A DNA stretch of 64,000 bases from a virus. The translations under genes and the position numbers were made by a program. Below the pieces are notes generated by a model. The model saw only the letters and a program-made list of their open reading frames with translations, did not search any database and was not told the DNA's origin. Numbering within the stretch: position 1 is the first letter of the stretch; each line of letters begins with the position of its first letter. Positions 7,639 through 17,263 of this stretch are shown here, one piece after another. The stretch spans positions 32,001 through 96,000 of IMG/VR virus record IMGVR_UViG_3300022539_000610. One strand, 5' to 3'.

Positions 7639-8412
7639 TCATGCAATACTCGAACAGATACCAATACACTCAATTTCTTTTTCCTCTTTGCTGTCGTAAA
7701 AAGAGGACAATTCTTCACGTTCAATTCTTCCCCGAAATGCTTCTAGCGTTTCATCCTTAAAGAATGAAATGTCTTTACCTAAATATTGTCGCACTTCACG
7801 CTCTACACGCGCTCTGTCTGCATATACTTCTGGAAGTTTTTCATATAGAAGTTTCCAATGCTTCTTCCCTGCTCGAACACACCCACCGGAACAGTTGTTA
7901 TGTTTAAAGCCAAGTCTATACAATAGGGGTTCTTCTATCCCCACATTTCTTAAAAAGTCATTTATTTGTTCATTTGTTTTATTCTCTTGTATTAGGGGAA
8001 ATAAGAGTTCTGACTGTTTATCTTTTTTCATTGCCACCATTTGATAAACATCATCCAGTCTATTTGCTCTGTGGGTTTCACCAATTCCAATTCCAAAGAC
8101 TAAGGTGTCCCCATCTTTATAGAACCTCTGAAGCCTTTCTGCTTTTAGAATCCGTGAACAGAATGGCATACGATCGTTAGCTAAGGCATTATTATCATAA
8201 AACAACTCTTCTGGGCTTCTTCCATCTGAGTCTAAAGTTATCTTATGGTCAAAATAATTCTCTAAATCAGAGAGAAATCTATACAGATCAGGGTGTTCCC
8301 ATTTTGTATCGTTGAAATACAAAATGACATCTTCCTTCGGGTATTGTTTGAAAGTCCAATCAGCACACCATGCTGATGCCTTACCCCCGCTTATAGCTAC
8401 AATTACGCTCAT
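7639..8412 (-). CDS. PAPS-reductase-like PP-loop protein
   Basis: AISGGKAS, CSRILK, HNNCSGGC. Confidence 0.8.
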   Translation of the reverse strand: MSVIVAISGGKASAWCADWTFKQYPKEDVILYFNDTKWEHPDLYRFLSDLENYFDHKITLDSDGRSPEELFYDNNALANDRMPFCSRILKAERLQRFYKDGDTLVFGIGIGETHRANRLDDVYQMVAMKKDKQSELLFPLIQENKTNEQINDFLRNVGIEEPLLYRLGFKHNNCSGGCVRAGKKHWKLLYEKLPEVYADRARVEREVRQYLGKDISFFKDETLEAFRGRIEREELSSFYDSKEEKEIECIGICSSIA

Positions 8413-8443
8413 CTTTCAGTGTCTTAACAAGTTTCTCACTTGA

Positions 8444-8680
8444 TTAATCCTTCGGAAGGAGCTCTCCAAATATTGTAGAACGAACACTTTGGAAAGCATC
8501 TATATAACATGCAGCCATAGTCATTAATTTTTCTTCTCCCCCATCTAATGCAATCTTCTTCTTGCTTCTCCAATGTTTGATACTCCTGTCAAGGTACTCC
8601 ATAATAGTTTCTTTGTCAAAAGGAATTGTGTTACTCATTTTTACCGCCTCTCTAACAGGCGGTGGGTGTGGTGATGCCAT
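8444..8680 (-). CDS. hypothetical protein
   Basis: 78 aa ORF. Confidence 0.6.
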   Translation of the reverse strand: MASPHPPPVREAVKMSNTIPFDKETIMEYLDRSIKHWRSKKKIALDGGEEKLMTMAACYIDAFQSVRSTIFGELLPKD

Positions 8681-8691
8681 TTTATTACTCC

Positions 8692-9177
8692 TTAAACATC
8701 CAGTAGGTTAACTAAAAGTTTACATGCCTCAATCTCATCCTTTACCCAAGTGTGAACAGTAGCCTGTACAAAAGGATGCTGGCATCGGAGATCATTCCTA
8801 TGATCTTCATGTATTCCAATTACCATTTTCGCAGGATCGTCAAAGTACCAAGCCAACTCATAGATTGTCCCAATGGATGGCTCTTCAGGTGAGTAAATGT
8901 TCATGTTTGCAAGAGCAATAGTTGACCTCCTCACATGCTGCCTATCCTTATGAGGAAGGAGCCCCCAGACCTTCTGATTAAGAGCAATACTTAACCCGTT
9001 CTTTGAAATTCGACCATTTGTCAACACTTTCTGGTTCCATGCACTCTGACATGGATCAATGATAGTTAGATGACTATTAAACTTAGGTTCGTAATTAAAA
9101 AACTCTCTCACTCGCTTTCTCCACCTGTATGTTTCAGGATTTGTTGAAATCTGACCTGCTAAGTATACTATATACAT
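8692..9177 (-). CDS. nucleoside 2-deoxyribosyltransferase-like protein
   Basis: VYLAG...WR...DP...GTIYELAW. Confidence 0.7.
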   Translation of the reverse strand: MYIVYLAGQISTNPETYRWRKRVREFFNYEPKFNSHLTIIDPCQSAWNQKVLTNGRISKNGLSIALNQKVWGLLPHKDRQHVRRSTIALANMNIYSPEEPSIGTIYELAWYFDDPAKMVIGIHEDHRNDLRCQHPFVQATVHTWVKDEIEACKLLVNLLDV

Positions 9178-9207
9178 ACCTCCTCCTACAGTTTAGATTC
9201 TGATTTT

Positions 9208-9600
9208 TCAAACTTCCCTGATTCTTAAATTCTCCTCAATCAAAGCCTGAAAAATAGCTAGTTTCCCTTTATCGTCTACCCTTCCTATGGCTATGTTCAA
9301 AAGTTCACTTATGTTTTTTGAAAGACCTCCAAGCACCCCACCTTGTCGTATGGCATCTAATTCTTTTTGAAGCTGAGTGACTTTGGCTTTCAAAACCCTA
9401 TTCTTCTCAACTACTTTAAGGAACGAATCATATGGTACAGCCTTATGAAAGTAGATCCTCGGATCAGCCTTCAACTGCTTAAAATACTTTGGATTCGCCC
9501 CCGTACTGACAGACGTCTTGGGGTAGATACTAAGTAAAGTTTTAGCTGATATTCTTACCCGTACATTATAAGTATTAGGATTGTATATTGTTAAATACAT
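9208..9600 (-). CDS. hypothetical protein with coiled coil
   Basis: 130 aa ORF. Confidence 0.6.
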   Translation of the reverse strand: MYLTIYNPNTYNVRVRISAKTLLSIYPKTSVSTGANPKYFKQLKADPRIYFHKAVPYDSFLKVVEKNRVLKAKVTQLQKELDAIRQGGVLGGLSKNISELLNIAIGRVDDKGKLAIFQALIEENLRIREV

Positions 9601-9611
9601 TTCAGCTCTAT

Positions 9612-9812
9612 TTACTTGTTAGAGTTTTTACCAGTACCTGTACACTGTTGTCGTGTTTTTACCCATCCTCTTGTCTCTCTTCTACGTGGTCCATATGTAT
9701 GCAATCCAAGTTCACGAGCATTACTTCGATAGCCACGCCATCCATGTCGTGGAATTAAACCATTCTTTGTAAGCGTTACAGGCATCCAACAATCAGGACA
9801 TAGTATAATCAT
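9612..9812 (-). CDS. small zinc-binding hypothetical protein
   Basis: CPDC...H...C. Confidence 0.6.
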   Translation of the reverse strand: MIILCPDCWMPVTLTKNGLIPRHGWRGYRSNARELGLHTYGPRRRETRGWVKTRQQCTGTGKNSNK

Positions 9813-9820
9813 CTAAGAGT

Positions 9821-9994
9821 TCACTCTCTTCTACCTGAGTTAATACCATACTTCTTCTGGTAATAATATACTGGAGACAAGCCTATGTTTAGTCTTTGAG
9901 CAATAATACTTGGTGTTAACCCTTCCTTTGTTAACTTCCTAATACGTTCTATCTTTACCTCTGACAATTTACCAGATCGACCTGCCATATCCAT
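9821..9994 (-). CDS. small HTH protein (not in ORF track)
   Basis: hand translation includes KIERIRKLTKEGLTPSIIAQRLNIGLSPVYYY. Confidence 0.6.
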   Translation of the reverse strand: MDMAGRSGKLSEVKIERIRKLTKEGLTPSIIAQRLNIGLSPVYYYQKKYGINSGRRE

Positions 9995-10007
9995 CTCCAA
10001 CGAATGT

Positions 10008-10745
10008 TTAAACTAATAAGGTTTTTTGTTTTTTCAAACTATCCCACATCTCATTTCCTTCCTGGGTACGAAAAGTAAGTTTGTTTGATTGAATAAAACG
10101 AGCCCTATCTACAATCTTACCAACAGGACGAGGTTTCTTAACTCCCAAAACACTGGCAAATTTCTCAGGGGTCACGATAATGTCTTTCCCTTCAATATAG
10201 TGAAACACATACTGAGGGTTGCTCTTATGTGCCTCATTAAACAACATAACTGAACGGTTGTAGTTTATCCAAATCTGCTCCAGGCATGTATAAGGATGAC
10301 CTTGTTTCCCTATCCACTGAATGTCTCTCTTCATCTTCCTTCGATAGAAAGATTGGATTATCTCAACAGGGTTTCTAAAAATTAAAACTATAGTGACTTT
10401 TTCCTTCGTATACTGTGAAAGCAAAGGGAGCCATGCCCATATACACAGAGAGTTAATAGGGGCCTTCCAGCCCCAGTTGGTAAAACAAGTTAGAGAGTTC
10501 TGAAGTTGAGCTTGCATTTCTTTCTTCACACTTGATGAAGGAGAGATGTCAGTGTGGTCAAATTTCAATCCATATCTATGCACACCACTGGAGCGAAGGA
10601 TCTTGTGAGAGATAGGTCTGTACTTCCTATTCTCACCCAGGAAGTCAATGGGAACACCTCCACTCATATCCACTCCACAATGGTGAAGGTATCGAGAAGC
10701 CAAAGATGTACCGCTTCCATGCATCCCGCAAAGGTAAAAAATCAT
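10008..10745 (-). CDS. sulfotransferase
   Basis: PAPS-binding CGMHGSGTS, WGWKAP, FRNP; start reassigned to ATG 10745. Confidence 0.8.
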   Translation of the reverse strand: MIFYLCGMHGSGTSLASRYLHHCGVDMSGGVPIDFLGENRKYRPISHKILRSSGVHRYGLKFDHTDISPSSSVKKEMQAQLQNSLTCFTNWGWKAPINSLCIWAWLPLLSQYTKEKVTIVLIFRNPVEIIQSFYRRKMKRDIQWIGKQGHPYTCLEQIWINYNRSVMLFNEAHKSNPQYVFHYIEGKDIIVTPEKFASVLGVKKPRPVGKIVDRARFIQSNKLTFRTQEGNEMWDSLKKQKTLLV

Positions 10746-10750
10746 TGCTT

Positions 10751-11932
10751 TTATACCCACACCAAAGTTCTGGAATGAAAAATCCAACTATCCAACTTTC
10801 CTACCACCCTATCAAAACCCCTTCCTGTAGAATCCTTTAAGCCGACAGAACTACCCCCATGCCATACTTCATAAATGCTATCAACTAATTTAATTAAATC
10901 CTTCGGTTGGTGAAAGTATCGTTGTTTTCTGATATTAATTCCATCTCTTCTCTGGATTTGCAATCGCCGATTATTCTTTCTTCTTTGGATTACACTGAAT
11001 GGTTTAGATCTAGTTTGCTTCGTTCCACTCGCTATAACGAAGGCATCATTTATATGTGACTTTTCCAAACCTAGATTCACTCTGTTTACTTTCGTTAAGT
11101 AGCCATACGTTCTTTCGATTTCGGGATACCATTTAGTGAATATACTTCTAATGATATTCATAAAAGAGGATTCTTTGTATTGTCTGGCCTTCTTCAACCT
11201 ATGTTCTAAATGTTGCTTATGCAACTTATCATGGCAACTCACATGAAGAAGGGCTCTGTTCTTGGGTCTATCTGTTCCCCCTTTACTTCTAGGTATGATA
11301 TGATGTAATTTCCATGGATCACTTTTCCTATATAGTTTACTACAGAGTTGACATCTACTTTTCTCTCTGGCTAAAACATACTCCTTTATGTTTTGGTATC
11401 CATACAAGTCCCCTTGCTGATACCCAGTGCCTTCGATGTCTGGATTTTCAAGTTTTTGGATATCAAAATTACCTAATTCAACAATTGTTTTAGATATAGG
11501 GAGAAAATCTTTTAACTTTTCTATGACTCTGAAATGGGTTCTAGTTCTCCTTTCTACTGAAGGGGGTAGCCAACCTTCTTTCCTTCTTCTATTGTTGAAT
11601 CTTGGTTCCCGATGTCTTAGTTTACCCCTACGATGCACTCGGTACATTCTACGATCGTCAAGTCGTCTTTTCGTATTACTGTCTACTCTCACCTCACCAC
11701 TAATTAGTTCTTCTTTCTTGGATACACAGGAAAAACCAATGTATTCATAGCCAGAGTCGATGCCGCAGGAAACATCCTGGGTATATTCCTTAGAATCATA
11801 AAGGAGCTGAATAGTGAAAGGTTTTCTCTTTACAACCTTTGCTTTGTCTTCTTTCAACAACAATCTGGCCACAACAGACCATGTTGGCATCAAAGGCTTT
11901 CCAGATTTTGATAAAACAAATACTTCTTTCAA
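10751..11932 (-). CDS. iscB: IscB RNA-guided endonuclease
   Basis: PLMP N-terminus, RuvC-I GIDSG, Arg-rich bridge helix, RuvC-II VELGNFD, HNH HHIIPRSKGGTD..N..CH, RuvC-III SHINDA; TTG start after GGAGG. Confidence 0.93.
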   Translation of the reverse strand: MKEVFVLSKSGKPLMPTWSVVARLLLKEDKAKVVKRKPFTIQLLYDSKEYTQDVSCGIDSGYEYIGFSCVSKKEELISGEVRVDSNTKRRLDDRRMYRVHRRGKLRHREPRFNNRRRKEGWLPPSVERRTRTHFRVIEKLKDFLPISKTIVELGNFDIQKLENPDIEGTGYQQGDLYGYQNIKEYVLAREKSRCQLCSKLYRKSDPWKLHHIIPRSKGGTDRPKNRALLHVSCHDKLHKQHLEHRLKKARQYKESSFMNIIRSIFTKWYPEIERTYGYLTKVNRVNLGLEKSHINDAFVIASGTKQTRSKPFSVIQRRKNNRRLQIQRRDGINIRKQRYFHQPKDLIKLVDSIYEVWHGGSSVGLKDSTGRGFDRVVGKLDSWIFHSRTLVWV

Positions 11933-11944
11933 ACTGTCCTCCAA

Positions 11945-12196
11945 TTATATACTCTACTTCTAAGAGTAGGTTGATTCCCTTCGTCAATGTTATCTTATGG
12001 TTTTTATTTACTACACTAAGACTTTCATCTTTATTTAATAGTAAATCGCAGAGTTCGGAACTAGGGAGGCATTCCGAAGTGCCTATATCATTCACAAGTA
12101 ACGTAGTACACGAAGTACTTAGACTAACCACCTCTTACGACATACATCACTGTATGTGCCTAAACCCCTGAGTTTATTAGGGTTTAGGTAGGTGGC
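11945..12196 (-). ncRNA. omegaRNA (HEARO-type) scaffold
   Basis: directly upstream of iscB; GCCACCT..AGGTGGT helix, CTACGTT, GGCACTTCGGAATGCCTCCCTAGTTCCGAACTCTGCG, AACATTGACGAAGGGA; 3' end approximate. Confidence 0.85.
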
Positions 12197-12227
12197 TCCC
12201 ATGCATGCCACAAAGATAGAGGATCAT
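12197..12227 (-). pseudogene. duplicated 5' end of the sulfotransferase gene in the omegaRNA guide position
   Basis: ATG ATC CTC TAT CTT TGT GGC ATG CAT GGG A = MILYLCGMHG(S). Confidence 0.85.
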
Positions 12228-12469
12228 TTTACAAATGCTGGATGAATTGGATGTACTGCCTTTTCCCAATATAAATCTAAAGCTGCTACAAACAAGGAGT
12301 GCACTTTTTGAACCTCTTCTTCAGTCTTGTATGAAAAGAACTCAAACACTCCAGAACAATACTTAAATCCCCAAGTCCAATAAAATTTCTCTTCTTCAAC
12401 TGAGTACACATTCTGCACATGAGGAAGAACAGCATGATACCGATTGTCAATTTGAAATGTTGATTTCAT
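12224..12469 (-). CDS. hypothetical protein
   Basis: 81 aa, AAGGAG RBS. Confidence 0.65.
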   Translation of the reverse strand: MKSTFQIDNRYHAVLPHVQNVYSVEEEKFYWTWGFKYCSGVFEFFSYKTEEEVQKVHSLFVAALDLYWEKAVHPIHPAFVK

Positions 12470-12490
12470 TTTTATCTCCTTTCTAATAGG

Positions 12491-12574
12491 TGGTGGGTGA
12501 GAGAGGAATCGAACCTCTATGCTTTCGCAACGACTTTACAGGCCATGGGACTCACCACACTGTCCAACTCACCC
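12491..12574 (-). tRNA. tRNA-Tyr(GTA)
   Basis: GGGTGAG/CTCACCC acceptor, CT-GTA-AA loop, variable arm, TTCGATT T-loop, encoded ACCA. Confidence 0.9.
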
Positions 12575-12751
12575 GTTAGATTTGTTTTTGTCTTAGCAAC
12601 CATCTAAGAGGCTCTAATAATCTCCATAATATTCTGTATGCCCTTCCTCTAATCTTAATGTAGCCATATGTTTCTCCTGGTAACGGTTCCATTTTCGTTG
12701 CCATTCCCATTATTATCCTCCTTTCTCACCTTTTATTATAATGATTTTGAC

Positions 12752-13348
12752 TTAGATTTCTAATCCCATTTTTCTGCCTACTTTTTCAAGATAGGAGATT
12801 ATTTTATTTACTGATTCCTCAATGGTTTCTTTATCAGTCGTAACTGTTATTTCAGGGTCTTGTGGTTCTTCGTATGGAGCAGAGATACCAGTGAATTCTA
12901 GGATCTCCCCGGCCCTTGCCTTTTTATAAAGACCTTTCATATCCCTCTCTTCACAGGCCACTAAGGTACATTTGCAAAAGATCTCTATAAATTCACTTTT
13001 ATTAGCCAGATCTCTTGCCTTTTTTCTATCTACCCTGTATGGTGATATAAATGCTGTCATGTTGATGACTCCAGCCTGACTAAAGAGATGAGCCACTTCA
13101 CCGATTCTCCTAATGTTTTCCTCCCGATCCTTGGGTGAAAATCCTAGGTCTCTGTTCAGACCATGCCTGATATTATCCCCATCTAAGACAAAGGTGATGT
13201 GTCCGGCCTCATAAAGCCTCTTTTCTACTTCAACAGCCAGGGTGGATTTACCTGAACAAGAAAGACCCGTAAACCACAGGGTAACTCCTTTTTCCCTATT
13301 GACTATAGGGTCATGCCATGTGATGTTTTGACTTTTTGGATTATCCAT
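12752..13348 (-). CDS. cysC: adenylylsulfate kinase
   Basis: [31 protein letters not shown]. Confidence 0.95.
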   Translation of the reverse strand: MDNPKSQNITWHDPIVNREKGVTLWFTGLSCSGKSTLAVEVEKRLYEAGHITFVLDGDNIRHGLNRDLGFSPKDREENIRRIGEVAHLFSQAGVINMTAFISPYRVDRKKARDLANKSEFIEIFCKCTLVACEERDMKGLYKKARAGEILEFTGISAPYEEPQDPEITVTTDKETIEESVNKIISYLEKVGRKMGLEI

Positions 13349-13399
13349 TTCTTCTGGTAGCGGTTTGATATTGTCCTCCTTTCTTTATTATAGTAGTTT

Positions 13400-14266
13400 T
13401 CAAGTAAAATCTCTTAATTTTTCCCCTAATTCAATAGATGGGCGGACATCATCAATACCAAACCCTTTTCCATCTAAAATCCCTTGGTAAATCTCAGTGT
13501 GAAGATCCTTAAATGATCTATCAAGAGCAACTTTTTTTCCATCAATTATCATTTGACGAAAAGGTTGGAACCCCTCTGCACCATCTTCCTCGTTAATAGA
13601 GAGGAACAAATCTACTGCTGTCCTCTCTAATTGAAGGAGGCACTGGAGACTTCTATCTGTCCGTTTCTCAATACTAAATTCCTGCACAGGCCCAAACAAC
13701 CAGAGCAGTAAATCTAGAATGTGAGCTCCAATGTTCAATGCTAAACCTCCAGATTTCTTGATGTCCCCCTTCCAAGAAAAATCATACCATGGGCCACGAG
13801 GAGTAACATACTTCACAGTAACTAAACGAGGATAGAAATTATCTATTTGTCGCAATCTTTGTACATCTGGATGAAGCCGAAGTTGTAAAACTGAGTAAAC
13901 TCGTTGTCCAGTCTCCTGCTCCAACTGAGCTAAATAATCAAGATTCTCTGGGTTAATAGAAAGAGGCTTCTCACAGATCACATCACACCCCAGTTTCATA
14001 CCAAACCGACTGTGGGCCTCATGTAAGTAGTTAGGTGAGCAGACCGAAACATAATCGATCTGCTGTTTTGTACCCCTCAGTTTATTAACATATCTATCAA
14101 AAGCATCAAACTGAGTAAAGAAATTACATTTAGGAAAATAGCTATCAAGGATACCAACAGAGTCGTTAGGGTCAATAGCAGTAACTAACACGTTTCCTGT
14201 GTCCCGGATAGCCTTCATGTGTTTGGGCGCTATGAAACCGGCAGCTCCTATTAGAGCAAAATTCAT
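13400..14266 (-). CDS. WbpB/WlbA-like NDP-sugar 3-dehydrogenase (Gfo/Idh/MocA)
   Basis: FALIGAAGFIAPKH, CSPNYLH, CEKP, SWKGD. Confidence 0.9.
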   Translation of the reverse strand: MNFALIGAAGFIAPKHMKAIRDTGNVLVTAIDPNDSVGILDSYFPKCNFFTQFDAFDRYVNKLRGTKQQIDYVSVCSPNYLHEAHSRFGMKLGCDVICEKPLSINPENLDYLAQLEQETGQRVYSVLQLRLHPDVQRLRQIDNFYPRLVTVKYVTPRGPWYDFSWKGDIKKSGGLALNIGAHILDLLLWLFGPVQEFSIEKRTDRSLQCLLQLERTAVDLFLSINEEDGAEGFQPFRQMIIDGKKVALDRSFKDLHTEIYQGILDGKGFGIDDVRPSIELGEKLRDFT

Positions 14267-14360
14267 CTTACTCCTCCTATACCACCGACAGCTTGTTGTG
14301 GGTTTGCTTCTACACGCACATTAGTTGCTTTCGCATATGCTCTCAGATAATCACTACTTT

Positions 14361-15272
14361 TCATAACCTGCCCAGAATTTCTTGGAATTGCTCTACTCTA
14401 TTTAAGTCACTATGCCGTTTGCGTACAATAGCCATAGCTTTTACCCTCATTTCCATATAACCTTCTGGGTCGGACAAAACATTCCTTATCTGACTGAATA
14501 CATTGGCTTTTGTGATTGGAACATAGTGGACACCAGCCTCAAGTCCCATCACACCTAATTCTGAAAGTTCCTCCGCTAACATCAATACCCCAGCCGCCGG
14601 AATTTCAAAATATTTTGATACAGGAGCATCTTCAACTCCCTGTAGTCGTATATCATCTCGATAACTCCCACCTGTTGCAATAGCACAATAATATTTGTTG
14701 AGTAATTCAGGATACTTTTTAAATGGAACTCTTGGGAGCATAATTTCTAGTTGCGAAGTTTTGTGATTTTTAATATGCTCCCTTAAAGGGTAATATCTAT
14801 TTATAGAACCAAGCATTAAACACTTCATTATAGGATTGGGAAGAATTTGTAGTTTTGCGTATTTCTCATACGGAAAAAAGAAATAAGGAAAATGTATATA
14901 CTTAGAAACATATTGAGGATAGCCCTTCTTAAATGCTTCAATGCCTGCACCTATAATTACATCAAATCTATCAAACAATATATCCTTATTCTTTTGGCAT
15001 TCTTCACTTGCCCAACAATGTAAATCTTCAAAATAACCAATGAGCTTAACCTTCGAATCAAGTAAGCCTGGGGGTATTCCAGGTCTATTATGGTATGGTA
15101 CCGCATAGATAATTGCTACATCGAGACCATCCAAGTTAGGGGCATCTGTGTACACAATCGGAAACTTATACTGTTTGACCATTCTACTAAACAAGAATTT
15201 ACCCCTCTGGGATTGGACCCCTTTTTCATGGCGTCTCTTATAAAACGTGGGTATTATAATCGCTCCCTTCAT
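14361..15272 (-). CDS. glycosyltransferase (GT-B, CgeB-like)
   Basis: KYFEIPAAG...HYV C-terminal domain. Confidence 0.7.
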   Translation of the reverse strand: MKGAIIIPTFYKRRHEKGVQSQRGKFLFSRMVKQYKFPIVYTDAPNLDGLDVAIIYAVPYHNRPGIPPGLLDSKVKLIGYFEDLHCWASEECQKNKDILFDRFDVIIGAGIEAFKKGYPQYVSKYIHFPYFFFPYEKYAKLQILPNPIMKCLMLGSINRYYPLREHIKNHKTSQLEIMLPRVPFKKYPELLNKYYCAIATGGSYRDDIRLQGVEDAPVSKYFEIPAAGVLMLAEELSELGVMGLEAGVHYVPITKANVFSQIRNVLSDPEGYMEMRVKAMAIVRKRHSDLNRVEQFQEILGRL

Positions 15273-15988
15273 GGTTTCCTTGCCTTTATTCTCATATAAT
15301 ACCTGGGGGTCTTCAGTCCCATTGTTTCTAACAGCATTAGTACTTTCGTAAATGTATCAGGCAAAGAAGGATGGTGGCCCTCTACTTGAATGTCTTTAAA
15401 CCCAATTGTAGCTAAAACATATTTGATTGCTCTAGCTTCAAGACCCCTCGAATGGTGATACTCACTAAGTTTTTCAAGTGCCCTTTCACTGGTAGATAAA
15501 GTCTTTTTTCTTCTACCAAGAAAAGCCCGTCGAAACTTGAGCCACCAACCAAACCAAGAGTGAAACCGAGCATTTGAATCATTATCAGTAATTAACCAAC
15601 CACCAGGGGCAAGAACTCGATACGCTTCTTGAAGCCCTTGATCCCACCTATACAAATGGTGAAGGACAGAATAAGCAGTCACCACCCCAAATGTATCACC
15701 TGCAAAAGGAAGTTGAAAGCAAGATGCTTGAAGAACCTGTGAGTACCTATGAGCTAAATCAAGCATACCAAAGGAAATATCAACTCCTATCGCCTCTTGG
15801 TAGTGTGAGTGGACTAAATTAAGAATCTTTCCAGTCCCTGTTCCTATATCTAATAGACGAATATTCTTAGGTGCCAATCCATACAGGCACTGTAAAAATC
15901 CTTCATCTATTGGAGCAGTGGTATCATCGTATCGGCCGGCTATCTGGTCATGAAACTCCCGATTAGCCTGTTCAATGCCTTTACGCAA
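15269..15988 (-). CDS. class I SAM methyltransferase
   Basis: LLDIGTGTG, SVLHH, VLAPGG. Confidence 0.9.
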   Translation of the reverse strand: MRKGIEQANREFHDQIAGRYDDTTAPIDEGFLQCLYGLAPKNIRLLDIGTGTGKILNLVHSHYQEAIGVDISFGMLDLAHRYSQVLQASCFQLPFAGDTFGVVTAYSVLHHLYRWDQGLQEAYRVLAPGGWLITDNDSNARFHSWFGWWLKFRRAFLGRRKKTLSTSERALEKLSEYHHSRGLEARAIKYVLATIGFKDIQVEGHHPSLPDTFTKVLMLLETMGLKTPRYYMRIKARKP

Positions 15989-16661
15989 ATTGGCACCTGG
16001 TGTTAAACATTAAGTCTACCATCGAAAGATTCTCTACAAACTCCCCTCCCCATAACTGCAGATAGATTGGGTGGACAAAATCCTGATACTGCAACTGTAT
16101 CCCTGCCTTTTTGAAAACTTCCTCATCCATATAACGTTGTGAGCCCTTACCCGTCCCAGTAAGGTAAGTGTCAGCTTTTACCTCCTTAACTATTTGCATT
16201 ATCTTATCTAAGCCAGATCTCTCTATTCCATCACTCAGTTTGGAGGAGAAAACTAATTCTGCTCTTATATCTAACACCTTATTCATAACTCTAATTATCT
16301 CACAATTCAGATCCACTAACTTAGTCCACTCCTTTGCATAGATTTCTCTAAATACATCAATATACTCTGAGTAATATTTTGCCTTCCTATAAGCAAAGTC
16401 AATCGACTTTAAATGCTTCTTCCTCCAATTATCTGTAGTGACAATTTCAACCTCATTAATATTCTTAAAATCACCCTTGCCCAAAACAGGAACAGTTAAC
16501 CATGTTGTTCCATTTGGTGTTTTTATTCTCGTTCTGGTAACGTAACTCTTACCTCGCACAAGCTGAACATCGTCAAAAATAACAAAAACATCTGATAAGG
16601 CCATTTTGTGAAAAAGGCCTACCCAAGGAAGATAATTAGGTTGATGAACGGAAACAATCAT
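15981..16661 (-). CDS. WbqC-family protein
   Basis: HQPNYLPW, FDDVQ, WLTVP, NLSMVDL. Confidence 0.9.
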   Translation of the reverse strand: MIVSVHQPNYLPWVGLFHKMALSDVFVIFDDVQLVRGKSYVTRTRIKTPNGTTWLTVPVLGKGDFKNINEVEIVTTDNWRKKHLKSIDFAYRKAKYYSEYIDVFREIYAKEWTKLVDLNCEIIRVMNKVLDIRAELVFSSKLSDGIERSGLDKIMQIVKEVKADTYLTGTGKGSQRYMDEEVFKKAGIQLQYQDFVHPIYLQLWGGEFVENLSMVDLMFNTRCQFA

Positions 16662-17263
16662 TTATAAATAAAAACCGTAAAATCGTTAACTCTATAATCA
16701 TGCCGAAGCACAACCTTGGAACTGAGTACAAAAGCCATATCTAAAACTCGTGAAGGAGCTGCATAATACACACCAGGCATGCGACTTTTACTGGTACGGC
16801 TTAAAAAATTTACCCCCATACCTACTTTACAGACCTCAAACATCTTAGTCAATATAGTCCTTACATAAGAGTGCCAATCCGGGAATTCTAAACCGAACAA
16901 GCCTGAAGCAATCACATAGTCGTACTGTTTCACAGAAAAGCTGAAGATGTCAGAAACTTGAAATTCAAAATCTGGGTACCTTACACTCGCCTCTCTTACC
17001 ATACCTTCAACGATGTCAATTCCAATATACCTTTTAGGCTTTATTTCTTCTCTGTATATATAGCCTGCAAAATCTCCAAATCCACATCCTACGTCCAACA
17101 AAGCACAATTATTTAAATCTCCAATAGATCCTAAAACTTCAAATCTCACAGATTGTGATTCCTTATCACCATAATGTATGGCTTTCAACGTGGGACCATA
17201 AGTTGCAAGGGCTCTCTCAAAAACTTTACGGCGAAATTTCATATTTTCATCTAAAGTATTCAT
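16658..17263 (-). CDS. class I SAM methyltransferase
   Basis: LDVGCGFG, FNxL-like VNFLS, HDY. Confidence 0.85.
   Translation of the reverse strand: MNTLDENMKFRRKVFERALATYGPTLKAIHYGDKESQSVRFEVLGSIGDLNNCALLDVGCGFGDFAGYIYREEIKPKRYIGIDIVEGMVREASVRYPDFEFQVSDIFSFSVKQYDYVIASGLFGLEFPDWHSYVRTILTKMFEVCKVGMGVNFLSRTSKSRMPGVYYAAPSRVLDMAFVLSSKVVLRHDYRVNDFTVFIYK

Noticed and set aside
7639-8412. DndC / phosphorothioation system
   Set aside because: The protein is short and no other dnd or ssp genes are present; only a generic PAPS-reductase-like call is supported.
11796-12171. ORFs 11796..12131 (-) and 11839..12171 (+)
   Set aside because: They overlap the omegaRNA and iscB start and show no protein motifs.
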